Origin: Terriglobia bacterium
GTDB lineage: Bacteria; Acidobacteriota; Terriglobia; 20CM-2-55-15
NCBI GenBank assembly: GCA_963664115.2
Contig: CAXWPJ010000004.1
Location: forward strand, 1-64,000
Reading direction: 5' to 3'
Length of the DNA stretch: 64,000 nt
Part shown: positions 48,813 to 58,306 of the stretch, in pieces
Position numbering within the stretch: the first letter of the stretch is position 1
Layout: every line of letters starts with the position of its first letter
Program-made: the position numbers and the translations under genes
The notes under the pieces: model-generated
Told to the model about the DNA's origin: nothing
The model's input: the letters and a program-made list of their open reading frames with translations, nothing else
The model's database searches: none

Positions 48813-51386
48813 ATGATTCGTTTTGATAGATTTACCCAGAAAGCGCAGGAGGCGCTCCACTCGGCCCAGGGGCATGCCACCGAGCACCGGCATTCGCAGT
48901 TGGGGCCGGAACATCTGCTCTGGGCGTTAATCGAACAGAAAGACGGTGTCGTGCTTGCTGTCCTTCAGAAGCTCGGCACCGACGTTTCTAAATTGGCTCA
49001 GGGCATGGCCGATGCCGTCGCCGGCCTTGCGCGCCTGGGCGCCCCGGCCGAAGTCCAACTCTCCCCCCAGCTTGGAAACATTCTCCAGGCGGCGGAAACC
49101 GAAGCCGCACAATTCAAAGACGAATACGTCAGCACCGAACACCTGCTCATTGCCATGACAGGCGCGACCGATGAAGCTGTATCCCGATTACTCGAGGCCC
49201 ACGGAGTTACGAAGGACGCGATCCTCAAAGTTCTGGTGTCCATCCGGGGTTCGCAGAAGATTACCGATCCGAATCCTGAAGAAAAGTATCAGGCCCTGGA
49301 GCGCTACTCTCACGACCTGACCGAACTGGCGCGTGGGGGCAAGCTCGATCCCGTCATTGGACGGGATGAAGAGATACGACGCGTGGTACAGGTGCTGTCG
49401 CGTCGCACCAAGAACAATCCCGTTCTCATCGGCGAACCCGGAGTCGGCAAGACTGCCATCGCCGAGGGTCTGGCACAGCGCATCGTTGGCGGTGATGTTC
49501 CCGAATCCTTGAAAAACAAACGGCTCGTATCGCTCGACCTGGGTTCGATGATCGCGGGGACGAAATATCGGGGTGAGTTTGAAGACCGATTAAAAGCGGT
49601 CTTGAAAGAAATAGACGAGGCGGCCGGACAGGTGGTTCTGTTTATAGACGAACTTCACACACTCGTAGGCGCAGGCGGCGGAGAGGGTTCCATGGATGCG
49701 TCCAACATGCTCAAGCCCGCACTGGCTCGCGGTGAGCTGCGCTGTATCGGCGCGACGACGCTCAACGAATATCAGAAGTACATCGAGCGGGACAAAGCGC
49801 TGGAACGCCGCTTCCAGAAAGTACAGGTCGGCGAGCCCAACCCCGAAGACACCATCTCAATCTTGCGCGGATTGAAAGAACGCTACGAAGTCCACCATGG
49901 CGTAAGGATCAAGGACTCGGCCATTCTGGCCGCCGCGCTCTTATCGAATCGCTACATCACAGACCGGTTTCTACCCGACAAGGCCATCGATTTGATCGAC
50001 GAGGCCGCCGCCAGCCTGCGGATGCAGATCGACTCGATGCCGGTGGAGATCGACACCACCGAACGCGCGATCGTGGGCTTGGAGATCGAGCGTCAGGCTT
50101 TGAGCAAGGAAAGGGATCGTGCGTCCTTGGATCGTTTGGTCGAGTTGGAAAAGGAACTCGGTGACCTCAGCGAACAGGCCACGCGCATGAAAGCGCGATG
50201 GCAGTCCGAGAAGGAAGGTATTCAGTCCATCCGATCGCTCAAAGAGCAACTCGAGCAGACGCGGATCGAAGAACAGCAAGCCGAGCGCGAAGGTGATTTG
50301 AGCCGGGTGGCCGAAATCCGTTACGGACGCGTTCACGAACTGGAAAAGCAAATCGAAGACGCCAACCAGCGCCTGGCCGATCAGGGGCCCGACGAGCGGA
50401 TGCTCAAGGAAGAAGTCGACGAAGAAGACGTTGCGCGCATCGTTGCGAAGTGGACGGGGATTCCCGTCAGCAAGATGCTCGAAAGCGAGATGCAGAAACT
50501 TGTCCAGATGGAAGACCTGCTGGAAGAGCGTGTCGTTGGTCAGAGAGAAGGCCTGGGCGCCGTGGCCAATGCCATCCGCCGCGCACGCGCCGGTCTGCAG
50601 GACACAGACCAGCCGATCGGAGTGTTTCTGTTCCTTGGACCCACTGGAGTGGGAAAGACCGAAACCGCCCGCGCTGTGGCCGAATTCCTCTTCGATGACG
50701 AACGCAACATCGTTCGCCTCGATATGAGCGAGTACATGGAAAAGCATTCGGTGTCCCGCTTGATTGGCGCGCCTCCGGGCTACGTCGGCTACGAAGAAGG
50801 TGGACAGCTCACAGAAAGTGTCCGGCGGCGGCCATACGCTGTCGTCCTGCTCGACGAAATCGAAAAAGCACATCCCGATGTGTGGAACATCCTGCTCCAG
50901 ATCTTCGATGACGGCCGACTGACTGACGGAAAGGGCCGCACGGTGGATTTCAAGAACACCGTCCTCATCATGACGTCCAACTTCGCCGTGTCCGGTGCCG
51001 AAGCTGATGTCCGGCAGGCGCTGGGCGCGCAGTTCAAGCCCGAGTTCCTGAACCGCATTGACGACATCGTTCGCTTTCATTCGCTCGGTAGCGAGGAGAT
51101 TGTCCAGATCATCGACATTCAGCTTGCCATTCTGAGAAAGCATCTTGAGGAAAAGAAGATTACGTTGGAGTTGACCTCGAGCGCGCGCGAAGCCCTTTTT
51201 CGTGAAGGTTACGACCCCACATTCGGTGCAAGGCCACTCAAGCGCGCAATCCAGCGGCTCGTCGCAAATCCACTATCGATGAAGATCCTTCAAGGTGAGA
51301 TTTCCACCGGAGCGCATGTCGTGGTAGATGCGGGTGCGGATGGGGAGTGGGTGTTCGAGGCGGGTTCGATCGACGTCGAGGCCTGA
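48813..51386 (+). CDS. clpB: ATP-dependent disaggregase ClpB
   Basis: [21 protein letters not shown], long middle domain, [28 protein letters not shown]. Confidence 0.97.
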   Translation: MIRFDRFTQKAQEALHSAQGHATEHRHSQLGPEHLLWALIEQKDGVVLAVLQKLGTDVSKLAQGMADAVAGLARLGAPAEVQLSPQLGNILQAAETEAAQFKDEYVSTEHLLIAMTGATDEAVSRLLEAHGVTKDAILKVLVSIRGSQKITDPNPEEKYQALERYSHDLTELARGGKLDPVIGRDEEIRRVVQVLSRRTKNNPVLIGEPGVGKTAIAEGLAQRIVGGDVPESLKNKRLVSLDLGSMIAGTKYRGEFEDRLKAVLKEIDEAAGQVVLFIDELHTLVGAGGGEGSMDASNMLKPALARGELRCIGATTLNEYQKYIERDKALERRFQKVQVGEPNPEDTISILRGLKERYEVHHGVRIKDSAILAAALLSNRYITDRFLPDKAIDLIDEAAASLRMQIDSMPVEIDTTERAIVGLEIERQALSKERDRASLDRLVELEKELGDLSEQATRMKARWQSEKEGIQSIRSLKEQLEQTRIEEQQAEREGDLSRVAEIRYGRVHELEKQIEDANQRLADQGPDERMLKEEVDEEDVARIVAKWTGIPVSKMLESEMQKLVQMEDLLEERVVGQREGLGAVANAIRRARAGLQDTDQPIGVFLFLGPTGVGKTETARAVAEFLFDDERNIVRLDMSEYMEKHSVSRLIGAPPGYVGYEEGGQLTESVRRRPYAVVLLDEIEKAHPDVWNILLQIFDDGRLTDGKGRTVDFKNTVLIMTSNFAVSGAEADVRQALGAQFKPEFLNRIDDIVRFHSLGSEEIVQIIDIQLAILRKHLEEKKITLELTSSAREALFREGYDPTFGARPLKRAIQRLVANPLSMKILQGEISTGAHVVVDAGADGEWVFEAGSIDVEA

Positions 51387-51432
51387 TAAAGGCCCCGACA
51401 GCCGTACTTGGTAAAACGTCTATCCAGTTGTC

Positions 51433-52305
51433 TTAGTCGTCGTTGCCTCCGATGCGTGGGGGATTGCGAACGTCGTCGTCATACTTCGACTCATTTGCGA
51501 AATACACTTCGCGGCGTGTGGAGTCGGCGTCACACTCCCAGTGGGAGTCCATCGCTTCGTCGGTTTTGACCCAGTAATGATGGAAGGTATAGGGTTGGGT
51601 CAAGAACTGGGGATCGTCCACCGTGATTTCGATATCCACCCTGTTCGGGTTAGTGAACGTGTAGTACTCGGTGACTTGCTTTTCAACTGACGTGGCGATG
51701 TGTCCGTGGTCGTCGAACCCGCTCGGATCGAAGGTGTAGTTGGCGCTGTGGATAACCAGACCGTCATCTACGAAGCGGCCGATCGAGTGTCCCTGGTAGA
51801 ACTGCTCACCCTCAGGCGGATGGGGCCGCCCATCGATCCAGACCTTGCGTTCGACTCCGCCCATTTCGTAATAGATAAAAAGGTGGTCCCTTTTCAGTTG
51901 GATATTGAATTTCAGGACGTCTCCCAGAAGCGTGGGTATCGTGTTCGCACCGCACGAGTAGAGCGGTGACTGGATCTCGTCGAAGTACTCAATCCAGGCG
52001 AGAGCCCTCTCGTTCAAAGCCATATCGTCGACGATCACTGCGCAGTTATTCCGGGGAAGGCCGTTCTGGTCTACCAGAAAGCCGCAGTCGCCCCTCGAAT
52101 ACGACTGGCCGTCCCGGCTCCAGCTTCCGATGAAGCTATAGGCTTCGGGGGGCAGCGCGCCGGCGGGCTGCGCGAAAAGCTCCCCAACGTTGACGCTCTG
52201 CCCAGGAAGCTCTCCCACGCCTACAACTATCATGAGCGCCATCGAGGCACTGAGGAACCACGCGATACGTCTTCCCTGATTCGCTTTCCTACCGATTGAT
52301 GCCAT
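51433..52305 (-). CDS. Secreted hypothetical protein, DUF6152 partner
   Basis: RBS aggaga; RKVWIDGRPHP, FYQGHSIG.F..D.LV, E.Y, D.QF.TQP; paralog of 2056-2925. Confidence 0.78.
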   Translation of the reverse strand: MASIGRKANQGRRIAWFLSASMALMIVVGVGELPGQSVNVGELFAQPAGALPPEAYSFIGSWSRDGQSYSRGDCGFLVDQNGLPRNNCAVIVDDMALNERALAWIEYFDEIQSPLYSCGANTIPTLLGDVLKFNIQLKRDHLFIYYEMGGVERKVWIDGRPHPPEGEQFYQGHSIGRFVDDGLVIHSANYTFDPSGFDDHGHIATSVEKQVTEYYTFTNPNRVDIEITVDDPQFLTQPYTFHHYWVKTDEAMDSHWECDADSTRREVYFANESKYDDDVRNPPRIGGNDD

Positions 52306-52421
52306 GATCAAACTTCTCCTGTTGCCTATGATTCGTTCCATGAAACGCTCGCGGCGCTCGGTGTTATCTGAGCGCCGCAGTCGTTCTGTAATTGTTTCGA
52401 TTACCTGTCATGTCATGGCGA

Positions 52422-52826
52422 TCATCCCTGGGGAATGCCACCACCACCACCGAACCAGACTTCGGAGCCGTCAGAACGTGTAATTTTTCCGGCGACGATC
52501 GCGGGGGAACCTCGTCGTCGGGGTGGGCTACCATCAACCGTGACCGTCATGCCGATTGGCAACGTGTCCGCAGTCCAGCCTGCCCGCATAATCGCACTGC
52601 CGGTGCCTCTTGATGTGACGTACCAATCGGTTTCCACGCCGTTATCGTCGGTGACAGTGACAATCAGTTCGCAGTGCGGGTTTACCAGCCTGAGCGACTT
52701 CACCACGCCCGTGATGTTGCTGGTCTGATCCAGATCCCAGAAGTTTGTGAACGAATGGTGCGCCAGGGCTGGAATAGACACCGCCAGGAACCCGATGGCC
52801 ACGACGGCCATGATCGAACGTTTCAT
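52422..52826 (-). CDS. DUF6152-family secreted protein
   Basis: Signal peptide ending LAHHS; G.V...L.NPH; GW....L..G..VTV.G. Confidence 0.82.
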   Translation of the reverse strand: MKRSIMAVVAIGFLAVSIPALAHHSFTNFWDLDQTSNITGVVKSLRLVNPHCELIVTVTDDNGVETDWYVTSRGTGSAIMRAGWTADTLPIGMTVTVDGSPPRRRGSPAIVAGKITRSDGSEVWFGGGGGIPQG

Positions 52827-53147
52827 TTCAAGTCCTCCTGCTGATGCTTTGCAACACGAGATACGTGTATTACGAATTTCATGAAGACGGCGGCTCGGCT
52901 AACTATGCGTTCTGTCATCCGGCGCTATGTTCCCACTCCCGACTTCGAGAGTTTGCAATGCGCTCTTTCAGCCGCTAGATTATGACTTCTCGGCGAATGT
53001 TAGTTCTGCGGTAACTGTTTTGTCAAGAAGCATTTGCCCCCACTCCCAGTGCCAGTTGGACGAGAGCTGTGGAACCCCTGTGACTGTGGTTTCAAGTGTG
53101 GGGTATCGGTATCAAATCGAATGTGCCGGAATGGCCACTTCCGCCTT

Positions 53148-53849
53148 TTAAGGGGCAATTTCGAGCAACTCGACTTCGAACATCAGGGCCGCGTTACCCG
53201 GAATGCCCGGAGGGCCCGTCGGGCCGTAGGCAATGTCCGGAGGGCAGATCAGGCGGCTCTGGCCGCCCACCTGAATGTGCTGCAAGCCTTCAGTCCAGCA
53301 CGGAATAACCCCGCTCAAAGGAAAGGTGGCCGGTTCGCCGCGGTCCACCGAGCTGTCGAAGACCGTGCCATCCCTCAGAGTGCCGTGGTAGTGCACGGTG
53401 ACGGTGTCCTCAGGCGTCGGACTGGCGCCGTCCCCGGCTGTCATTTCCTGAATGACCAGTCCCGAGTCCGTCCGGACCGCTCCTTCAACCGCCGCTTGTT
53501 GCTCGACGAAGGCCAGCGATGCAGTCAATTCTGTATCGGCCGAGGCCTGCAACCGTTCGTCCATGAAAGCCTGCATTTGCGGGGTATATTCGTCAAAGTC
53601 AATCTGCGAATCGCGTCCCAGAACCATATCGGCTAAGCCCATCTGCACGAATGAGAGCTCCTCGTCCGAGAAGTTGGCGTTCGTGACGCTCTGACCCAGA
53701 GCGTGGCCGAGCGCATACAGGATTTTCTGGTCTTCGGTTTCCAGAACACCAGAGGCCGTCTGGCCGGAAAGCCCGGAGGGCGTCGTGGCGCAGGCTGGCA
53801 GTGCACAAGCGAGACTTAGCAGAAGCAATAGACGGAGAGTAGACGACAT
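53148..53849 (-). CDS. FKBP-type peptidyl-prolyl isomerase, probable lipoprotein
   Basis: LPAC lipobox; T.SGL, V.VHY.GTL.DGT.FDSS..RGEP, VI..W.EGL, AYG, L.FEVELL. Confidence 0.93.
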   Translation of the reverse strand: MSSTLRLLLLLSLACALPACATTPSGLSGQTASGVLETEDQKILYALGHALGQSVTNANFSDEELSFVQMGLADMVLGRDSQIDFDEYTPQMQAFMDERLQASADTELTASLAFVEQQAAVEGAVRTDSGLVIQEMTAGDGASPTPEDTVTVHYHGTLRDGTVFDSSVDRGEPATFPLSGVIPCWTEGLQHIQVGGQSRLICPPDIAYGPTGPPGIPGNAALMFEVELLEIAP

Positions 53850-54014
53850 CAGGACTCCTTCTTGGTGATTGACGGTCCGCCACGATACCACGATGGTTCA
53901 GAATTCATGAGGGGTGGACGAGGGACCTGTGCCAGCGTCGTTCGACTGAATGTGAACGACTCTGGCAAAGTTTCATTCTGGTCAACGAGCGGAAACCGGG
54001 TTCCTCTTTTGCCG

Positions 54015-54935
54015 TCAAGACGGAAATCCGCCGGCTTTGGAGACCATTGACGCGGCAGGTTGCCCCAGGAGGCTCCCTGCCCAATGGGCCAGTTCGATGA
54101 GCTTGGCAAGATCAGTGCCCGTTTCTACGCCGGCGCGACCCAGCATATAGACGAGGTCTTCAGTCGCTACATTGCCTGTGGCGCGCGGAGCGAACGGGCA
54201 CCCACCCAGGCCCCCGATTGACGCATCTATGGTTTTGGCGCCTGCTTCTACTGCCGCCCAGGCGTTAGCGATTCCCGTGTTGCGTGTGTTGTGAAAGTGC
54301 GCGCGCAAGGGGAGATCACCGACCGCGTCGTGAACCCGGTCGAACAAATCCCGTACCTGGTTCGGGACGCCGACGCCGATCGTGTCCGCGATGGCGATGT
54401 CCACCGCACCCGCATCGGCAACGGTCTTCGCGATCTCCACGACACGGCCCGGATCCACCTCACCCTCGAAAGGGCAGCCACAAGACAAACCGATCGTTGC
54501 TTGCGCGGACCGGCCGTCACGTGTGGCGAGGCGAATAATGTCTGCGGCCACTTCCATGCTCTCCTGCCACGTTGCCTGGCCCTGGTTCTTTTGCGCGAAG
54601 GTATCGGTCGCGCAGACAACCGTACCAATCTCGTTTATCCTTGTCTCCCGAGCGCGTTCGTACCCTTTCATGTTGAGGACCAGTCCGATGTAGCAGACGT
54701 CGCTGCGGGGCTCTACGCCGTCCACGACTGCTTCGGCGTCGGCCATTTGCGGAACCCTCTTCGGATGCACGAAGCTGGCGACTTCCAAGCGGCGAATTCC
54801 GGCATCGATGGCGCGCGCGATCAAGGCGAGTTTCTCCTCGGTCGAAACCATCGTCGTTTCGTTCTGCAGCCCGTCACGCGGCCCGACTTCACATATCTGT
54901 ATCCGGCTTCGAGGCTTGTCTTCGGCCTGTGTCAT
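54015..54935 (-). CDS. Hydroxymethylglutaryl-CoA lyase family protein
   Basis: EVGPRDGLQNE, ADTIG, HFHNTR, GGLGGCPFAP.ATGNVATED. Confidence 0.93.
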   Translation of the reverse strand: MTQAEDKPRSRIQICEVGPRDGLQNETTMVSTEEKLALIARAIDAGIRRLEVASFVHPKRVPQMADAEAVVDGVEPRSDVCYIGLVLNMKGYERARETRINEIGTVVCATDTFAQKNQGQATWQESMEVAADIIRLATRDGRSAQATIGLSCGCPFEGEVDPGRVVEIAKTVADAGAVDIAIADTIGVGVPNQVRDLFDRVHDAVGDLPLRAHFHNTRNTGIANAWAAVEAGAKTIDASIGGLGGCPFAPRATGNVATEDLVYMLGRAGVETGTDLAKLIELAHWAGSLLGQPAASMVSKAGGFPS

Positions 54936-55071
54936 TGTGGAGATCGCGCCCGTGTCTGGTTTCGGGTGACGTATAGAATAATAATGATACCGGAGGTCCG
55001 TGGGTCAATAAGGAATGTCGGTGCGGGGTTCGTGTGGTGGTCGAAAGGCTTGGTTGAGGGATGGTTGAGGG

Positions 55072-56277
55072 ATGACTGAAAATAAGCATCAGCATGGCGA
55101 GCCAGGGGCCCTGAAAGATCTGAGGACGATTGAACTTGGCCACTTGATCGCCGGTCCGTTCTGCGGTCAGCTCATGGCCGATCACGGGGCTGAAGTCATC
55201 AAAGTTGAAGCCCCTGGCGACGGTGACCCGATGCGGGGCTGGGGCCGGGGAAAGCCTGTCTGGTGGCCGGTCATTGGCCGCAACAAGAAGTCGATCACAC
55301 TGAACCTCCGTGTCTCGGAGGGCCAGGAAATCCTTAAGGAGCTGGTTGGGGCGAGTGATTTTCTGCTCGAAAACTTCCGTCCCGGAACGATGGAGAAATG
55401 GGGTCTGGGTTGGGAGGAACTCCGCGGCATCAACCCGCGACTCATAATGATTCGCGTGTCGGGATTCGGGCAGACTGGCCCCTATGCGAAGCAGGCCGGT
55501 TACGGCGGGATCGGCGAGGCGATGGGTGGCATGCGGGCGCTGATGGGATATCCGGACCGACCGCCGAGCCGCGCCGGTTTGTCGATTGGGGATTCGCTGG
55601 CGGGAACCTTCGGTTGCCTGGGGGCGATGATGGCGCTGCACCATAGAGAGAAGACCGGCCAAGGTCAGGTTGTCGATTCGGCCATCTACGAATCAGTCCT
55701 CGCGATGATGGAATCCACGGTTCCCGAATACACCGAGGCGGGGCATGTGCGAAAGCGCTCCGGATCCATGATCCCAAAGCTTGCCCCCTCCAACGTATAC
55801 ACGACCAAAGACGGTGAGCTGCTGATTGGGGCCAACCAGGATAGCGTCTGGAGTCGTCTTGTGGCAGCGATGGACCGCGAAGAGCTTGCCAGTGACCCTC
55901 GCTTCGCAACCCACATCGCGCGTGGCGAGAATCAAGTCGAGCTCGACGCACTCATCAACGAATGGACACAGACCTTGACGACCGATGAGTTGCAGGAGCT
56001 GATGGACAAGTTCAGTGTCCCGGCCGGGAAGATCTACACGCCTCCTGAGATGTTGTCTTGCGAGCACTACCGCGCGCGCGAGGCGATCGTCAAAGTCGAA
56101 CACGAAGCCTTCGAGAACCTCCATATGCAGAACGTCTTTCCAAAGCTGTCGGAAACGCCCGGAGGCGTGAGGTGGCCCGGTGTAGCCCTGGGATCTCACA
56201 ACGAAGAGATCTACGGTGAACTCCTTGGCCACCCCCTGGACGACCTTGCCCGTTGGCGGGAAGCCGGGACGATTTGA
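55072..56277 (+). CDS. Family III CoA transferase (CaiB/BaiF)
   Basis: IAGPF, GAEVIKVE.P..GD.MR, RNKKS.TLNL, ENFRPG, SGFGQTGPY, GD..AG. Confidence 0.93.
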   Translation: MTENKHQHGEPGALKDLRTIELGHLIAGPFCGQLMADHGAEVIKVEAPGDGDPMRGWGRGKPVWWPVIGRNKKSITLNLRVSEGQEILKELVGASDFLLENFRPGTMEKWGLGWEELRGINPRLIMIRVSGFGQTGPYAKQAGYGGIGEAMGGMRALMGYPDRPPSRAGLSIGDSLAGTFGCLGAMMALHHREKTGQGQVVDSAIYESVLAMMESTVPEYTEAGHVRKRSGSMIPKLAPSNVYTTKDGELLIGANQDSVWSRLVAAMDREELASDPRFATHIARGENQVELDALINEWTQTLTTDELQELMDKFSVPAGKIYTPPEMLSCEHYRAREAIVKVEHEAFENLHMQNVFPKLSETPGGVRWPGVALGSHNEEIYGELLGHPLDDLARWREAGTI

Positions 56278-56570
56278 AGTGGCGGGCGTCTGCTTCTCTC
56301 AAATGTTTTCGGGTTTTCAGCAGTTTCTTTCATACCACTAATCTGCGACTGACACTTTGTCCAAGTCCTGGCAAGCCCCGCACTGCGGCATCAGTGAATA
56401 GGGCTGAGCCGAACGGTCAAAACCTTTTGTATCAGTTGTTTCCCATATGCAAACCGAACGCGCTTCGGAACCCAACCTGCAGGAAGTACGTTGGAGGAAG
56501 TAAAGGAGTAGCAGTAGCCATGCGTGTGTCCGCACTCAGGGTCACCTGCCGGCTTTGGGAGGGCAAGCCG

Positions 56571-56960
56571 ATGACTCCAATTCAAATTGACGAATATAAG
56601 GAAGAGATGCGTGAAGCCATCTGCCGCGTGTGCGTGTCCTTTATTAACGACGACGGGAAACCCGGCCGATGTGTTCACGAGAACTCAGGCAATTGCGCCC
56701 TGTTCGCACATCTGGGCGAAGTGGTGGACGTGGTATCCGGTGTCCAGAGTGGTTCTATCGGTCCGTACGCAGATGTGTTACGCCAAAAGGTTTGCGCGAA
56801 GTGTGAGACCCAGGACGAGCAGGGATTTTGCAGGCTGCGCGACAATCATGATCCCGTGCCGGATTGGTGCGTTCTGGATTCATATTTCAATCTCGTAGTC
56901 GGTGCGGTTGAACGGGTGCAGGCCGCTCACGCCGCCTCAACTCCTGCCCGTCAGCCGTAG
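56571..56960 (+). CDS. Cys-rich hypothetical protein
   Basis: Two internal repeats of CxxC...GxC...CxL; RBS ggagg. Confidence 0.7.
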   Translation: MTPIQIDEYKEEMREAICRVCVSFINDDGKPGRCVHENSGNCALFAHLGEVVDVVSGVQSGSIGPYADVLRQKVCAKCETQDEQGFCRLRDNHDPVPDWCVLDSYFNLVVGAVERVQAAHAASTPARQP

Positions 56961-57022
56961 CCGCAGCCAAGGGAAATCAGTCGCTATCGGTCCTTTCTCG
57001 GCTGCATCCTTTTTAGAACACA

Positions 57023-57040
57023 AAGGGGACGGACACTTCA
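57023..57040 (+). repeat. Single REP-like motif
   Basis: aaggggacggacacttca is the exact reverse complement of 38235-38252. Confidence 0.7.
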
Positions 57041-57156
57041 CAATTCGGCTTTTTTGTTCCCAGGTTATGGAATATATGAAGTGTGCGTTCCAATCCGTCT
57101 CAGCGGTCCAGACCAATGCCTGAGCAAACATGAGGCAACCCCCGGTCATTCGCAAG

Positions 57157-57185
57157 TTGACCACGCGCGCCAGCCAGCATAAAAT
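57157..57185 (+). promoter_or_regulatory. Sigma70 promoter candidate for the molybdoenzyme operon
   Basis: TTGACC-17 bp-TAAAAT about 110 bp upstream of ATG 57295. Confidence 0.55.
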
Positions 57186-57294
57186 CAGGGGCTTCAACCC
57201 AAGGTTCCATGAGAAAAGCTTGCCGTGACGGTGAAGCATCCCTTGGCCGCCGGCGTCCGATGTAGTGGCGACCGCGGGTCAAATAGGAGACTCA

Positions 57295-58281
57295 ATGGCA
57301 GAAGGTAAGGACCCCAATCCAACTGTATCGAACGAACGGCAGCAACCCGGATCATCTGACCCGAAGCCGTCCCGGCCCCCGATCACGCGACGTGACTTTC
57401 TGATTCGCGGTAATGCAGGGGCGGTCGCGGTCGGTGTAATGAGCGGTGCCGGATTCGCGTCAACGCTTATTTCCGAACCCGCTGAGGCGGCGCCAAAGCA
57501 ATCGGATCCCATCGATCCCATACGGTCGCGCAGAGTCACCCTGAACGTTGATGGAGCCGAACACGACGCAACGGTGGACGTCCGCGAAAGCCTGTGGGAA
57601 ACCATGAACAAGCGTTTGGGACTGTCCAACTCCAACCTGGGCTGCGACCGCGCTCAGTGCGGTGCGTGCACGATCCTGATGGATGGGAGGGCGGTGAACG
57701 GTTGTGCTGTATTGACGGCCCGTTCCGGCCGGGGTCAGGTCATACGCACAGTGGCAGGGCTTGCCACCGGACCGGGAGTGGCCGGGCTGCACCCGATTCA
57801 GAAGGCATTTTGGTATGAGGGCGGGTTTCAATGCGGCATATGCACGCGGGGCTTCATCATGGCCACCTACGCCCTCCTTGAAAGCAATCCCAACCCGACA
57901 ACCCAGGAAATCAAGGAAGCACTTGCCGGAAACATCTGCCGCTGCGGTGAATATACGAAGATCCTGACGACTGTTCAGAAGGCCGCAGCCGACATGCGCG
58001 GTGAGCAGATTACTTACTCGGCGGCGCCGACCGCCCTCGAAGAGCCGGAAATACCTCAGGTAGCAGCCGGGGGTAGCGAATCGAGGCAGTTCAGCTTCGT
58101 CACGGCCATGGGAACGATCGAAGACTACGATGACCTGGCTCTGGAATTCGGTGGGCGACCGGGAATACTGGGTGTGTCCGGAACCGAGCGTACGATAACG
58201 CCTATCTGGAATCCCACTGTGCTTGACGAAGCGCGGGTCCGCCAGATATTGGAAGAGCTCGGCTCTCCCGTAACGCCGTAG
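57295..58281 (+). CDS. Xanthine dehydrogenase-family 2Fe-2S subunit with Tat leader (PaoA-like)
   Basis: TRRDFL; GCDRAQCGACT...C; QCG.CT; GN.CRC. Confidence 0.9.
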   Translation: MAEGKDPNPTVSNERQQPGSSDPKPSRPPITRRDFLIRGNAGAVAVGVMSGAGFASTLISEPAEAAPKQSDPIDPIRSRRVTLNVDGAEHDATVDVRESLWETMNKRLGLSNSNLGCDRAQCGACTILMDGRAVNGCAVLTARSGRGQVIRTVAGLATGPGVAGLHPIQKAFWYEGGFQCGICTRGFIMATYALLESNPNPTTQEIKEALAGNICRCGEYTKILTTVQKAAADMRGEQITYSAAPTALEEPEIPQVAAGGSESRQFSFVTAMGTIEDYDDLALEFGGRPGILGVSGTERTITPIWNPTVLDEARVRQILEELGSPVTP

Positions 58282-58306
58282 TTAGCCGTAGACAAGGAGA
58301 AGTGAT

